The notes beneath the pieces are model-generated. The model saw nothing but the letters and a program-made list of their open reading frames with translations, was not told the origin of the DNA and did not search any database. Made by a program: the position numbers and the translations under genes. A stretch of 64,000 nt of DNA from a virus. Shown here piece by piece: positions 47,266 through 56,311 of the stretch. The DNA lies in the IMG/VR virus record IMGVR_UViG_3300015615_001152, positions 321 through 64,320 of that record. One strand, 5' to 3'. The stretch's first letter is position 1. Each line of letters begins with the position of its first letter.

Positions 47266-48033
47266 CTACTTCCCCGCGTTGCAACCTGTGGTGCCGCTCT
47301 GCGCGCCCGTGGTGCCGGTGTTCGTTGCGGTCGCGGTACCGGTCTCGCCCGGCGTCGACGTGCTGCTGCCCGGGGTCCCGGTGCCGCCGTTGCCGCTCGG
47401 GCAGTTGTTGGTGTTCGCGATCTGCGTCTGCGTGTTCGTCGCCTGCGAGCCGTTCACGCCGGTGGCGTTGTTGTTGCCGTTGACCGTGACGTTGGTCACG
47501 TTGCGCGGATCCTTGGTCGCGTTCTCGAGGTTGTTGCCCAGGCCGAGCGCCACGTCCCGCGTCTGGCCGCCGAGCGCTTCAGACGTCTGCCCGAACCGGT
47601 TGAAGATGCTGATTCGCTCCTGCGAGCGGCCGTTCTCGATTTGCACCTGACCGCGGATCTGCTCCACCGCGACCGCCGCACCTTTGTTGGTGGCATTGAA
47701 CTGCGCCGCAATCTGGCCGCCACCGAGCAGGAAGCTGGCGCCGAGCGCGAAGTAGTCATAGGCGGTCTTCGGCGGCTGGATCGGTGCGTCAGCCGCGCCA
47801 GCGCCCCGGCCGGTCGTGCGCAACGCTTCGGAGATGCCAAGGCCATTTGCGGCGACTGCCGCGACGATCGGGTTATCGCTCTCCACCGCTGCCTTGAAAG
47901 CATCGGCGCGAGCGATATCCCCTGTCGCCTTCCACTTCGCCTGGGCCTCGACAGCCTTGACGTAGTGCTCGTAGTCGTTCCAGCAGCCGGCGAGCAGCGG
48001 CAATGCGCAAAGCGCGAGGATCAGGGCTTTCAT
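47266..48033 (-). CDS. Lipoprotein with Gly/Thr/Asn-rich tail
   Basis: Lipobox LLAGC; ATGA overlap with the Rz-like gene. Confidence 0.7.
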   Translation of the reverse strand: MKALILALCALPLLAGCWNDYEHYVKAVEAQAKWKATGDIARADAFKAAVESDNPIVAAVAANGLGISEALRTTGRGAGAADAPIQPPKTAYDYFALGASFLLGGGQIAAQFNATNKGAAVAVEQIRGQVQIENGRSQERISIFNRFGQTSEALGGQTRDVALGLGNNLENATKDPRNVTNVTVNGNNNATGVNGSQATNTQTQIANTNNCPSGNGGTGTPGSSTSTPGETGTATATNTGTTGAQSGTTGCNAGK

Positions 48034-48641
48034 TTCAGCACTCCATTTGCACGGTCCTCCGCGCGTTTTGCGATGTCTTCGGCCTGTTTCAGGCGAGCAG
48101 CCCAGCGCGCCTCGGCGTCACTGACGGGCCGGGTATCGGTCTGGTTGGTGACCTTGTTGTAGGCGGCACGCGAGGCTTCGATGTGCGCCTGCAGCGCGGT
48201 TACTTGGTCGGCACTGTTGGTGGCGATTCGATTGGCTTCGACGAGTCCGGCGGATACTCGGGCGCACGCATCAGCGTTGCCTCCGGCATTGGGTACGCCG
48301 GGCACACCAGCGGTTGAGCCTGGTGCGCACATGCCCCCAGCAGGAGCAGGATTGGAAGCGAGGCGAGCTTTTTCACGGGCGGCCTTTCGGTTGTTGGCGT
48401 CGATCAGGTTGTCGTAGCGCCGGGCCTGCGCACTGCCGTCGCGGACACGCTCCGCGTCGAAGGTGGCGTTTCTCACGCGCTGCGCCGCTTCGGCGCTCTT
48501 GTATTCGTCCTCGCGCTCGACGTAGCCGAGGTGGTGCTGGTAGGCGCCGTAGCCCCATACGGAGACTGCGAGCGTGGCGAGAATGCCGGCCGCAATCAGC
48601 CAGCGGGTCGGGTTCATCCAGCCAAGAAACTCGCGGATCAT
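48030..48641 (-). CDS. Rz-like inner-membrane spanin
   Basis: N-terminal TM, coiled coil, Cys/Pro linker, A..A..A...ADQVTALQAHI. Confidence 0.6.
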   Translation of the reverse strand: MIREFLGWMNPTRWLIAAGILATLAVSVWGYGAYQHHLGYVEREDEYKSAEAAQRVRNATFDAERVRDGSAQARRYDNLIDANNRKAAREKARLASNPAPAGGMCAPGSTAGVPGVPNAGGNADACARVSAGLVEANRIATNSADQVTALQAHIEASRAAYNKVTNQTDTRPVSDAEARWAARLKQAEDIAKRAEDRANGVLK

Positions 48642-48796
48642 GGAAGCTCCAAGAATTCAGGTTTGGCAGCGGCCGCTCGCGCGAGATCATCCGACCAGCG
48701 CTTGATGTTGGCGGGAACCGTCAGGTAGCGCAGCATGCGCGCCACACCACGTTGGCTGGCGAAGAGCCGCTTGATCCGACGACGCGCTGCTTTCAT
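48638..48796 (-). CDS. Small basic hypothetical protein
   Basis: 52 aa, ATGA overlaps on both sides. Confidence 0.45.
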   Translation of the reverse strand: MKAARRRIKRLFASQRGVARMLRYLTVPANIKRWSDDLARAAAAKPEFLELP

Positions 48797-48993
48797 GAGC
48801 GCACCGGCCTTTCCATCGGGAGACAGCCGGCAATCACCCTGACTGCCGGAAGCTGCTTGCGAGTTGTGCTGATCACCTCGTCGGCGACGGCCTGACACGC
48901 CGCGAGCGACGGGAACTGCGCGGCCTGGTGCGACATGCGGAGCTTGCCGTCGTCGGCAAAGCCGAGCATGGTGACGAGGAGAACGTAGATCAC
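48793..48993 (-). CDS. Small exported two-Cys protein
   Basis: Hydrophobic N-terminus; F.S..AC...A.C.P. Confidence 0.55.
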   Translation of the reverse strand: MIYVLLVTMLGFADDGKLRMSHQAAQFPSLAACQAVADEVISTTRKQLPAVRVIAGCLPMERPVRS

Positions 48994-49163
48994 TGGGTGG
49001 CCTGCAGGCGCTCGGCGGCCGCGCGGTAGCTGGTGGCGTTGGCGCGAGAAGCCTCCGCTTGCACCGTGTCACCTAGTTCCAGGTGTCCGGCGACTGCGTC
49101 TTCGCAAGCCTGCGCGTCGGTTTCGAGCGCGGTGATGGCGTCGTCGAAGTTCTTGCGGCTCAT
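48990..49163 (-). CDS. Small helical hypothetical protein
   Basis: AGGAG RBS; MSRKNFDDAITALE..., 57 aa, GTGA overlap. Confidence 0.55.
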   Translation of the reverse strand: MSRKNFDDAITALETDAQACEDAVAGHLELGDTVQAEASRANATSYRAAAERLQATQ

Positions 49164-49172
49164 GGCTGTCTC

Positions 49173-49502
49173 CTACGTCTGGTTGGCGCGGTTGATCATC
49201 AGGTCGGACGCCCAGCCGATCAGCAGCGCGCCGGCCACCAGCTCGAGCATCCCGGGCGAACCCATCTTCAGCGCTGCGACGGCGGCGCCGAGCACGCTGA
49301 ATAGGTTGGTCACCACCGCTGCCGTCGTGCGGCCGGGCCGCTCCTTCAGGTAGCAGATGAGATCGGTCCAGAACGCCCAGCGGAACGGGTTGCGTTCGAC
49401 GTCGCCGCCCCACAGCGAGCCCGTCATGGCCTTCGTGGCAAAGCTGGCGAACTGGCCCAGCAGGCCCGCGGCGATGAGCGCGATTGCGATTTGGATGTTC
49501 AT
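49173..49502 (-). CDS. Putative holin (3 TM)
   Basis: Three hydrophobic segments, 109 aa, coupled to the endolysin gene. Confidence 0.65.
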   Translation of the reverse strand: MNIQIAIALIAAGLLGQFASFATKAMTGSLWGGDVERNPFRWAFWTDLICYLKERPGRTTAAVVTNLFSVLGAAVAALKMGSPGMLELVAGALLIGWASDLMINRANQT

Positions 49503-50176
49503 TGCGGAAGTCCCAGAGCTTGGAATACGGCGCGCGTGCGGCGCTGGCGGTCATCCCAGCCGTTCGGCAGATCGTTGGCGTTCTTGCCGTTCACGGCGAT
49601 GGATGCGGCGAGGGTGTTGTTGGCGCGCGCCGCGGCGAGGAAGCCGGGGCGGTTGATCACGATGTACCAGAGGCAGACGTCCGCGTTGGTGTACGGGTCA
49701 TCCGCCGAGGCGTGCAGCGTGTCGATGCCGATGTGGCGGTACTTCGCGTAGGCGGTGTGGTTCCAGCGGCCGGTCAGCTGGATCCAGAACATGCCGGCGA
49801 ACTTGCGGCCGTCGCCGGGCTCGGTGTTGCCGAGGTTCTTGTTGCCCTCGTAGCGCAGCTGTGCCGGTGTCGGCCCCCAGTACTCGCGGGTGAAGCGGAA
49901 GCCGCCCGACTCGTGCGCAATCTGCGGGATCAGGTGCGCGATCGGCAGGACGTCGGTGATGCCGTAGCGCATGCAGGCGGCGCGCAGCGCGGCCGCGATC
50001 TGGGTCACGTTGACCTGGTTGATCGCGGCTCCGGCCGCCACCAGCGCGACCTCCATTTGCTCTGACGTCAACGGGAACGGATCGTCGCCGGTCGGCTCAG
50101 CCTCGGGCTGGGGGGCGACAACGGGCGGACCCTTCTTGAAGAGTCCCAGCAACGCCTTGATGATTGCTTCGAACAC
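49499..50176 (-). CDS. Endolysin, GH19 chitinase-like
   Basis: AH...QIAHESGGF...E; LGN...GDG.KF.G..WIQLTGR.N; VNG...NG.DDR. Confidence 0.85.
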   Translation of the reverse strand: MFEAIIKALLGLFKKGPPVVAPQPEAEPTGDDPFPLTSEQMEVALVAAGAAINQVNVTQIAAALRAACMRYGITDVLPIAHLIPQIAHESGGFRFTREYWGPTPAQLRYEGNKNLGNTEPGDGRKFAGMFWIQLTGRWNHTAYAKYRHIGIDTLHASADDPYTNADVCLWYIVINRPGFLAAARANNTLAASIAVNGKNANDLPNGWDDRQRRTRAVFQALGLPQ

Positions 50177-50286
50177 CGACCCGCCCTCGCTGTGGAAGGC
50201 TAAATTTTCGAAGCTGGGTGCCGGTTTGGAGTGGTTGTTACTAGTAACGATTGTGGAGCGAAGAGCCGACCACTAACGAATGGGCG

Positions 50287-51339
50287 CTATTTCTTTTGGG
50301 CGGCCGGTGGACGAACGGGCGTTTGTGCCTGTGCTCGCAGTCGTTGGATTGTTTCGGCCTGCTGCTGATTCGCTGCCGTTTGCGCTGCGTTACTCTTCTG
50401 CAGAAGGTCGATGACCTGTTCCAGTTGCTTGGTGTTGCCACGATCGATGTCCTTCGCGACGTCCACCTGCCACCACGCAGCCCCAGCCGAGACGGCTATC
50501 GCTCCCACGGCGAAAATCAACGCCAGTATCGAACCCATCTTCGCATCTGAGACCTGCTTGGAGAGAGCAGGGACAATCTGCTGTATGACAGCCAATTGCA
50601 ATGTACTCATGGCGTCTGCGATCGCCGTGATGCGTTCGCCGGTCAGCTCGATTATTTTCTTCTGCTCGTGTGCGAGCTGACCCTGCTCGGTTTCGTGCCA
50701 ATCTGGAAACACCGGAGGCTCAACCATGGTGTGCCGAGCACTTGGGGTTCCGAGCACGCTCTCGCTGAATCCGCTTGGCGCAATGCCCTGCGTTAAACGC
50801 TTGACCGTTTCATCGATCTTGCCCAGTCCGAGGAGCTTGCGCGCATCCTCCACTCCTCGCACGGCGTCGAGGACGGACTTGCTTCCGCTGGCGTCGAGGA
50901 AGCCCAAGCTTTTGGTGAACGTCGCCATGGTTCGCTCCATTTGCTCGGTCCGCGCTTTGTCGAATTCAGCCTTCTCCGCGCGCAGTTTTTTGCCAAGGGC
51001 TGACAGTTCGCCGTCCGCGGGAAGAGCGCCAAACTTCCTCTGCGTCGCTAGCGCCGCGGCCAAAGCCAGCACCTCAACTGTGCTGAGTCCCGCGAACAAT
51101 GCATCATCGAGCGGCTCGACTTCTCGCTTGTCCTGAATCGGGTTGGTGGCTAGCCGAATACATTGTCGGGCGACTGTCGCGTCATCTGCCGTTACGTCGA
51201 ACTTTGACTCGCCGGCACCAAGCCGACGAACGTACAACGTGCCAACTGCGGTTGAAACCGGCAGTTTCTCTGGATCGTTCGCGTACAGTAGATCCCGCAA
51301 TGAGATGCGGGCAGGTGCGGGCTTTGCGTCTTCACTCAT
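50287..51339 (-). CDS. Hypothetical protein with C-terminal TM and coiled coil (moron)
   Basis: 350-aa ORF; TM SILALIFAVGAIAVSAGAAWW. Confidence 0.65.
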   Translation of the reverse strand: MSEDAKPAPARISLRDLLYANDPEKLPVSTAVGTLYVRRLGAGESKFDVTADDATVARQCIRLATNPIQDKREVEPLDDALFAGLSTVEVLALAAALATQRKFGALPADGELSALGKKLRAEKAEFDKARTEQMERTMATFTKSLGFLDASGSKSVLDAVRGVEDARKLLGLGKIDETVKRLTQGIAPSGFSESVLGTPSARHTMVEPPVFPDWHETEQGQLAHEQKKIIELTGERITAIADAMSTLQLAVIQQIVPALSKQVSDAKMGSILALIFAVGAIAVSAGAAWWQVDVAKDIDRGNTKQLEQVIDLLQKSNAAQTAANQQQAETIQRLRAQAQTPVRPPAAQKK

Positions 51340-51408
51340 AAGCGTAATGATGTTCGAAGTTGCATAACAATCCGGAGTGGCGGGCCATCATCCGAGGCGG
51401 GCTGGTCG

Positions 51409-52329
51409 TCAAGCCGGCAGCTTGTCTGCGAAGTCTTTCACCTGCTGGCGCTCGGTGTCATCGGTGCAGATAAGCTGCAGCTGCATGATGTTGGGTTTGG
51501 TCAGAAGTTCTGCGCACGCGCGTAGCGCTTCGCGCAAGCGGCCGATCGCTTCATCGATACCACTGGCCAGCTTCGCGAGGCGGTCTACCTCCTCGTAGGA
51601 CGCAGTGTCTGGGTCGACTGCCTTCAACGCGTCAATATTCGGCGTAAGGTCAGCCCCCAGCAGCTTCGACAACGACATCTCTTCGGAACACGCGCGAATC
51701 CCTCGAAGGAGGCCGACTCTTTCATCCACGAAGTTGGTTTTCTTACCACCATCGGCCCCGGCTCCGCCGAACTTCTCGGCCTCGCGCTCCGCCTCGGTCT
51801 TTTCTCTGGCCACCGTTAGGACGCCACTGCCGAGGCGAACCAACTCTGACACGCGGTCAACAACTACAACTGGAAGCCCTTTGTAGCGTGTCCTTAAGGT
51901 GTAGATAAGGGGGTGGGCCCACCGGGCGCCGCGTGAACCATCCTTCAGCTGCGCCAACTCGCTCTCGACCTCGGGCAGCTTCGCCCTGAACGCCCGAACC
52001 ATATTGCGCCGACGAAAGTCTTCGCGTTGCGTCGTGTAGTCGCCAGTGGCGTTCTCCCATTTGACGCCGAACGCATTTTTTCCACAACGATTCCCCACGT
52101 TGGTAATTAGGCGATCACCCAAAGACACAACGAAGCCCCGTTTGTGTGCATGGTGGCAATCCTTCAGGCTACACGCCACTTCGATCGGCTCGTCGTATGT
52201 CCCGACAATCTTCAGATTCGTCGTATCACTGGATTTGGAGATGATGTCCTTGCGGAAGTTGGGCTGATCCATAAGATCGGAAAGCCGCTCGAAGATTTGG
52301 AGCGTCGCCCCATCAAACATTTCAACCAT
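51409..52329 (-). CDS. Hypothetical protein with N-terminal Cys/His zinc-finger-like motif (moron)
   Basis: CSLKDCHHAH...NVGNRCG; AAGGA RBS; AT-rich upstream region. Confidence 0.7.
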   Translation of the reverse strand: MVEMFDGATLQIFERLSDLMDQPNFRKDIISKSSDTTNLKIVGTYDEPIEVACSLKDCHHAHKRGFVVSLGDRLITNVGNRCGKNAFGVKWENATGDYTTQREDFRRRNMVRAFRAKLPEVESELAQLKDGSRGARWAHPLIYTLRTRYKGLPVVVVDRVSELVRLGSGVLTVAREKTEAEREAEKFGGAGADGGKKTNFVDERVGLLRGIRACSEEMSLSKLLGADLTPNIDALKAVDPDTASYEEVDRLAKLASGIDEAIGRLREALRACAELLTKPNIMQLQLICTDDTERQQVKDFADKLPA

Positions 52330-52395
52330 ACGTGGAGTCCTTGTTTGGGCTAGAGATATAGAAATTCTATGAATTCCGCTTGGCGGCCCACGGCA

Positions 52396-52677
52396 TCAGG
52401 CTGGCTCAACTTCGGCGACGAGCTCGAACGCCTTCACCGTCCGTGGCCCCATGCTGGCATGCCGCAAAGTCGTTGTCTTCTCCCGGATGAAGCCCTGCTT
52501 CACGAGGTAGATGCACATCGCGTTCACGTCGGAAACGTCAATGTCGTCCTGCGTGCACTCGGCGTAGATCTGGTTGCGGGTGACTGGTGACACGCCGCGC
52601 TCGTCCAGGCGCTCGATCGTGCTGAGTACCACGTCGGCCTTACTGCCTGGTTTCGGTCGATTCTTCTGGGTGGCCAT
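52396..52677 (-). CDS. Winged-helix DNA-binding protein
   Basis: VL..I..L......TR..I...........V......L.KQGFI; start uncertain. Confidence 0.55.
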   Translation of the reverse strand: MATQKNRPKPGSKADVVLSTIERLDERGVSPVTRNQIYAECTQDDIDVSDVNAMCIYLVKQGFIREKTTTLRHASMGPRTVKAFELVAEVEPA

Positions 52678-52705
52678 AGATTCAGCTTTCTGGTGAGATA
52701 GGCAT

Positions 52706-53056
52706 TCAGATGAGGCTTGGCTCGCATTTTTTGTCAAAGTCGACTTCCCGACGATTTCGCGTGCGTGCCTTTGTGTCTGTGGTTTCCGATGTTGAAGCCA
52801 TTACCGTCTTCGGGATATCGAGGAAGCGCTCTACGGTCTCCTTCACGGATCCGCGCTCGATGCCCTCTAGAACTCCCCAAATCAGCATGGGGATGTTGTC
52901 TTGCGTGGCGAAGTCGAAGGTCGCTGAAACGATGCCGTAGGGCGTGCGAACGGCCAGTGCCGCGATATAGCCGTCGCCGCGCGTCTCGCCGTGCACTGCG
53001 CGCTGCAGGTTGGGGTTGTCGACGAGCTTCTGATGGCATTCCTGCTGGCGGGTCAC
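52706..53056 (-). CDS. Hypothetical phage protein
   Basis: GTGA overlap with the upstream gene. Confidence 0.5.
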   Translation of the reverse strand: MTRQQECHQKLVDNPNLQRAVHGETRGDGYIAALAVRTPYGIVSATFDFATQDNIPMLIWGVLEGIERGSVKETVERFLDIPKTVMASTSETTDTKARTRNRREVDFDKKCEPSLI

Positions 53057-53388
53057 GCGGCCACCTTCAGCAGGCCGCGTCGAAACAGCGCCAGCAATGT
53101 TCGGTCGTGGCCGCGGGACCAGTACTCGAACTTTTCGGTGGCCGTGAAGCGCTTGCCCTGGTCCAATTCGGCGTGGCACGGATGGCAGCCAGCGGCGAAG
53201 AAGCAGTCATGCGCCTTGCGCGCGCCGCCCTTGCCGTACACCGGTCGCCAGTTGTTGGCGTGTGCCGGCTCGCAGCCGTGCTCGCTGAAGCCAATGCAGA
53301 CGCCAGGCAGTTCGATCGTGCAAGCCTGAAGCTGGTGCGCGAGATCGAGCAGCCGCCGGTTGCGGTATTCAGTGTCCTTGCCGATCAC
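53053..53388 (-). CDS. DUF1364-like His-Me finger nuclease-type protein
   Basis: CT..LPGVC......AH.N......G...KAHD...A.GC..CH...D. Confidence 0.75.
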   Translation of the reverse strand: MIGKDTEYRNRRLLDLAHQLQACTIELPGVCIGFSEHGCEPAHANNWRPVYGKGGARKAHDCFFAAGCHPCHAELDQGKRFTATEKFEYWSRGHDRTLLALFRRGLLKVAA

Positions 53389-54050
53389 TACGCGACCGCC
53401 TCTTCCTTGACGCGCTTGGACTCGCCGTCAACCGTGACACCCTTCTCCACGGGCGGCGCAGGAACGGCGCGCTGGGCTTGTTCGTGTGCGACCCTTGCCG
53501 CGGCAGCCTGCTCGCGCGACTCCTTCACGTTCCACCAGTCGACAACAAAGCTGCCGATCAGCGTGTTCATCATCTCGGCCGCTTGGCCAGCCTCGAGGTG
53601 CCGCCACAGGAAGTGCTGGCAGTGCTCGGTCAGGAAGAAGTCGATCACGGAACCGTGGAAGTCCTCGTACTCATCCTGTTCGCACTTGTCGTAGGCGATC
53701 GACTTCGGCAACGGCACGATGCCGCCTTTTGCGCCGGGCACCCATTCGACAAAACCCGCGCCGATCTTCACCCAGTCGCGGAACCGGTCGAAGTCCGTAA
53801 ATCGCTCCTGTGACTCGAACACCAGCGACTCCATCTTCATGTGCTTTCGATGGAACACACCGTGACGGACGCGCTTGATGCTGATATCGAAGACTTCGCC
53901 CAGTTCCTTACCCCAGAGCCAGGGCGCGAAGCGGCGCCAGCCCTTGGTGTCTTTCTCGGTTGCGCCGGTAAATTTGTCGAAGATGAACGCGAGTTGCTTT
54001 TTCTCAGCGTCGGTGAGTTCTTCGGTGCGGAATACGCTGACGGTGCCCAT
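53388..54050 (-). CDS. DUF1367/NinB-like protein
   Basis: R...FHRK...FD.FRDWVKIGAG...PKSIAY.K..Q.E. Confidence 0.7.
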   Translation of the reverse strand: MGTVSVFRTEELTDAEKKQLAFIFDKFTGATEKDTKGWRRFAPWLWGKELGEVFDISIKRVRHGVFHRKHMKMESLVFESQERFTDFDRFRDWVKIGAGFVEWVPGAKGGIVPLPKSIAYDKCEQDEYEDFHGSVIDFFLTEHCQHFLWRHLEAGQAAEMMNTLIGSFVVDWWNVKESREQAAAARVAHEQAQRAVPAPPVEKGVTVDGESKRVKEEAVA

Positions 54051-54520
54051 TACTGATCACATCCTTTCCCGATCGCGCCAGCATCGTCGGCCGCCACGAA
54101 TCGCTTCCAGTGAATCCAGCCTGCCTTTGCACAGTGGAATCCCCAGCGCCGGTACCGCGGCCCGGTGATGAACAGCGTCCAGCACGGGCCCGCGTGCAGT
54201 TCGATGCGGTGCGCGGCCGTGCCGCGACGGAACTTCCAGTCGCCAGCCTGCCGCACGGCGCGAAGCTCGACGCCGCCAGCCGCAATCGTGTGCTCGGTGT
54301 ACGCGCCTTCGATCAGGATGCTCAGGTTGCACCAAGGGTGATCATGCAGCGCGCGATCGTCGTCCGAACGCATGAAGCGGTGCAGATAGATGTTGAACAC
54401 CGGGTTTCGGGGGATGACCCACCAGCGCAGCAGGTACGGCCGCTCGGCGCCGCCGATGATGACATCGGCCGGCCGGCGCGTTGCGATGCGCTCGACGAGG
54501 TTTTGCAGGAACGCGAGCAT
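54050..54520 (-). CDS. Cupin-like phage protein
   Basis: YL.RW...NIYLH.F.RSD.DR.LHDHPW...G.Y.E...HRIEL...WTLF.TG. Confidence 0.75.
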   Translation of the reverse strand: MLAFLQNLVERIATRRPADVIIGGAERPYLLRWWVIPRNPVFNIYLHRFMRSDDDRALHDHPWCNLSILIEGAYTEHTIAAGGVELRAVRQAGDWKFRRGTAAHRIELHAGPCWTLFITGPRYRRWGFHCAKAGWIHWKRFVAADDAGAIGKGCDQ

Positions 54521-54693
54521 CAGGCAACCCTCGAGTGGAAAGACTGCCCCGCCCACTCGGGGTCGAATGCCCGCGCTGTAGCGACCACACGGCTGTCGAA
54601 GTCCGGCTCATCGGCTGTCGGGCAGGCTCCGCGCCGGCCCGGCTCAAACCACTCGACATAGGCGCCGTTGGCGAAAGTGATGCGGTGGATCAT
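54520..54693 (-). CDS. Small hypothetical protein
   Basis: GAGGA RBS; overlaps with neighbours at both ends. Confidence 0.45.
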   Translation of the reverse strand: MIHRITFANGAYVEWFEPGRRGACPTADEPDFDSRVVATARAFDPEWAGQSFHSRVA

Positions 54694-55457
54694 GCTGTTG
54701 GTTCCTCTCTTGGCAGCCACTTCGCGGCCTCGGCCAGCGCAACCACGTTCACCGACTTCGGCAACTCCGCCACGCGCTTCTCTTCGCGGGCAGCGCGATC
54801 GCTGGCCAGCTTTTGTTTGAGTTCGGTTAGTCGCTGAAGGATCGGAACGGCGTAGCCGCCTTCCTCTGGCGCCGGTAGGGCCAGTGGCCTGATCATCTCG
54901 ATCAAAGCCCGCGCCTCGGTGACGCCGATGCGATTCAGCCGCTCGGCCTGCTCGATCGCGCTCTCGCGCTGGTACGGGTCGTGGCCGAGGGAAACTTCCC
55001 ATTGCACGGGATGGCCGCGGTCACGAGCCATGCCGACCAAACGCTCGTAAGCCTCGATGAAGGCACGACGGCCGCCGACCTTGTCACGTCCAGCAACCGC
55101 TACCGGTTCAGCGGCCGCCCACGCGGCGCGTATCTCTGTCGTCCACACCACCGTTGCGTCTTCGCTGCTCGCCTGCAACGCGATGCCCCAGGCCTCATCG
55201 GCACTCGGCCGGCCATCCTGAAGCGAGCGCGCTTCGAGTGCCGCGAAAAGATGCGCTGGCCGCGGGACGAACATGCCCTGTTTCGTGTTGTGCAGATGCG
55301 CGTCGACCGCCCACTCGAAATCTTCGATCGGTAGGTGGCGGAAAGCTGCCCAGTAAACGTCCAGCACCGCGGTGTTCGGTTCTTCTTTGCCCGCTGTCGC
55401 AGCCGCCCAGGCGCCAAACATCGAAACTCTGAATCGATCAAAGTCTTCTGTTCTCAT
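54690..55457 (-). CDS. Putative helicase loader/inhibitor-type replication protein
   Basis: Follows the initiator gene; YW.A......H.......F.P.PA; RPSADEAW; E..TVVWT; AF..AYERLV; W.VSLG.D. Confidence 0.65.
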   Translation of the reverse strand: MRTEDFDRFRVSMFGAWAAATAGKEEPNTAVLDVYWAAFRHLPIEDFEWAVDAHLHNTKQGMFVPRPAHLFAALEARSLQDGRPSADEAWGIALQASSEDATVVWTTEIRAAWAAAEPVAVAGRDKVGGRRAFIEAYERLVGMARDRGHPVQWEVSLGHDPYQRESAIEQAERLNRIGVTEARALIEMIRPLALPAPEEGGYAVPILQRLTELKQKLASDRAAREEKRVAELPKSVNVVALAEAAKWLPREEPTA

Positions 55458-56311
55458 GACGGGATGACCTCCCCTTGGATTGGCTTCTCGGCCTGGCGAC
55501 GCAACTCGGGCGGAATCCATCCGCCGGCCCCAGTTGATCCGGGCGATGCGCTTGGCATGTCCGGGCGATAACCGTCTTCCCATCGGCGACCGTTGAGATA
55601 GACCAGCGGTGCTTCGATGTACTGTCGGTCGGACCATTTGCGCCCGGTCTTGCGTGACTCGACGTCGGCGATGATGCGATCAGCCAGTGCGTCCAGCCCG
55701 AGCGTGATCCAGCGATCGGCGCATTTCTTTCGGTCCTGCTTGCGCTCGCTCTGCGGCCATGCGGACCAGAAATCGTCGAACCTCGACGCGCGTGGCGCGG
55801 CGGAGCGCGGAGCGCGTGGTTCTTGTTTCTGCTCCTGTTTTGGTTCTTGCTCCTGCTCCTGCTCCTGATAAGGCATACCCTTCGCGAAGGCTTCCGGTAA
55901 GGCTTCCGCAAAGCCTTTCGATAACCCTTCGGCAAAGGCTTTAGAACGAGCAACCACGCGGCTTTTCAGGGTGCACTCAGGCAGCAGATCGAGTGAGCCG
56001 ACCCACGCTTTGATGACGTTGGGCGACTCCGGCGAGTTGTACCGAAGGAAGTTCGGCAGGGCCACCAAACAAGCCTTCCCGTCATGCTCCGCCATACCCT
56101 TGTCGCATACCTTGGCGAAGGCTTCCCGGAAGGCTTTCGCCTCCCAGCCAAGTTCCTCAGCCAGGCCCGACAGCGAGGCTCGCATGGCGCCGATGGCCGT
56201 CATGTGCGGATGGGTCAGCAGCATGAAAAACACCAACTTGGCGTCATCGGGCAACTGGCGGAACTTCTCGTCGTTCCAGACCCGCGGATCGATCTTGCGG
56301 TAACGGCTCAA
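55454..56311 (-). CDS. Phage replication initiator (O-like)
   Basis: YRKI....W.D.KF..L wHTH; QEQEQE linker; FD.FWS.WP...K...P..YLN..RWED. Confidence 0.8.
   Translation of the reverse strand: MSRYRKIDPRVWNDEKFRQLPDDAKLVFFMLLTHPHMTAIGAMRASLSGLAEELGWEAKAFREAFAKVCDKGMAEHDGKACLVALPNFLRYNSPESPNVIKAWVGSLDLLPECTLKSRVVARSKAFAEGLSKGFAEALPEAFAKGMPYQEQEQEQEPKQEQKQEPRAPRSAAPRASRFDDFWSAWPQSERKQDRKKCADRWITLGLDALADRIIADVESRKTGRKWSDRQYIEAPLVYLNGRRWEDGYRPDMPSASPGSTGAGGWIPPELRRQAEKPIQGEVIPS
55820..55946. repeat. Putative phage origin: 12-bp iteron-like repeats plus strand-biased tract inside the initiator gene
   Basis: cttcgcgaagg/cttccggtaagg/cttccgcaaagc/ctttcgataacc/cttcggcaaagg next to a pyrimidine-rich tract. 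Confidence 0.55.
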
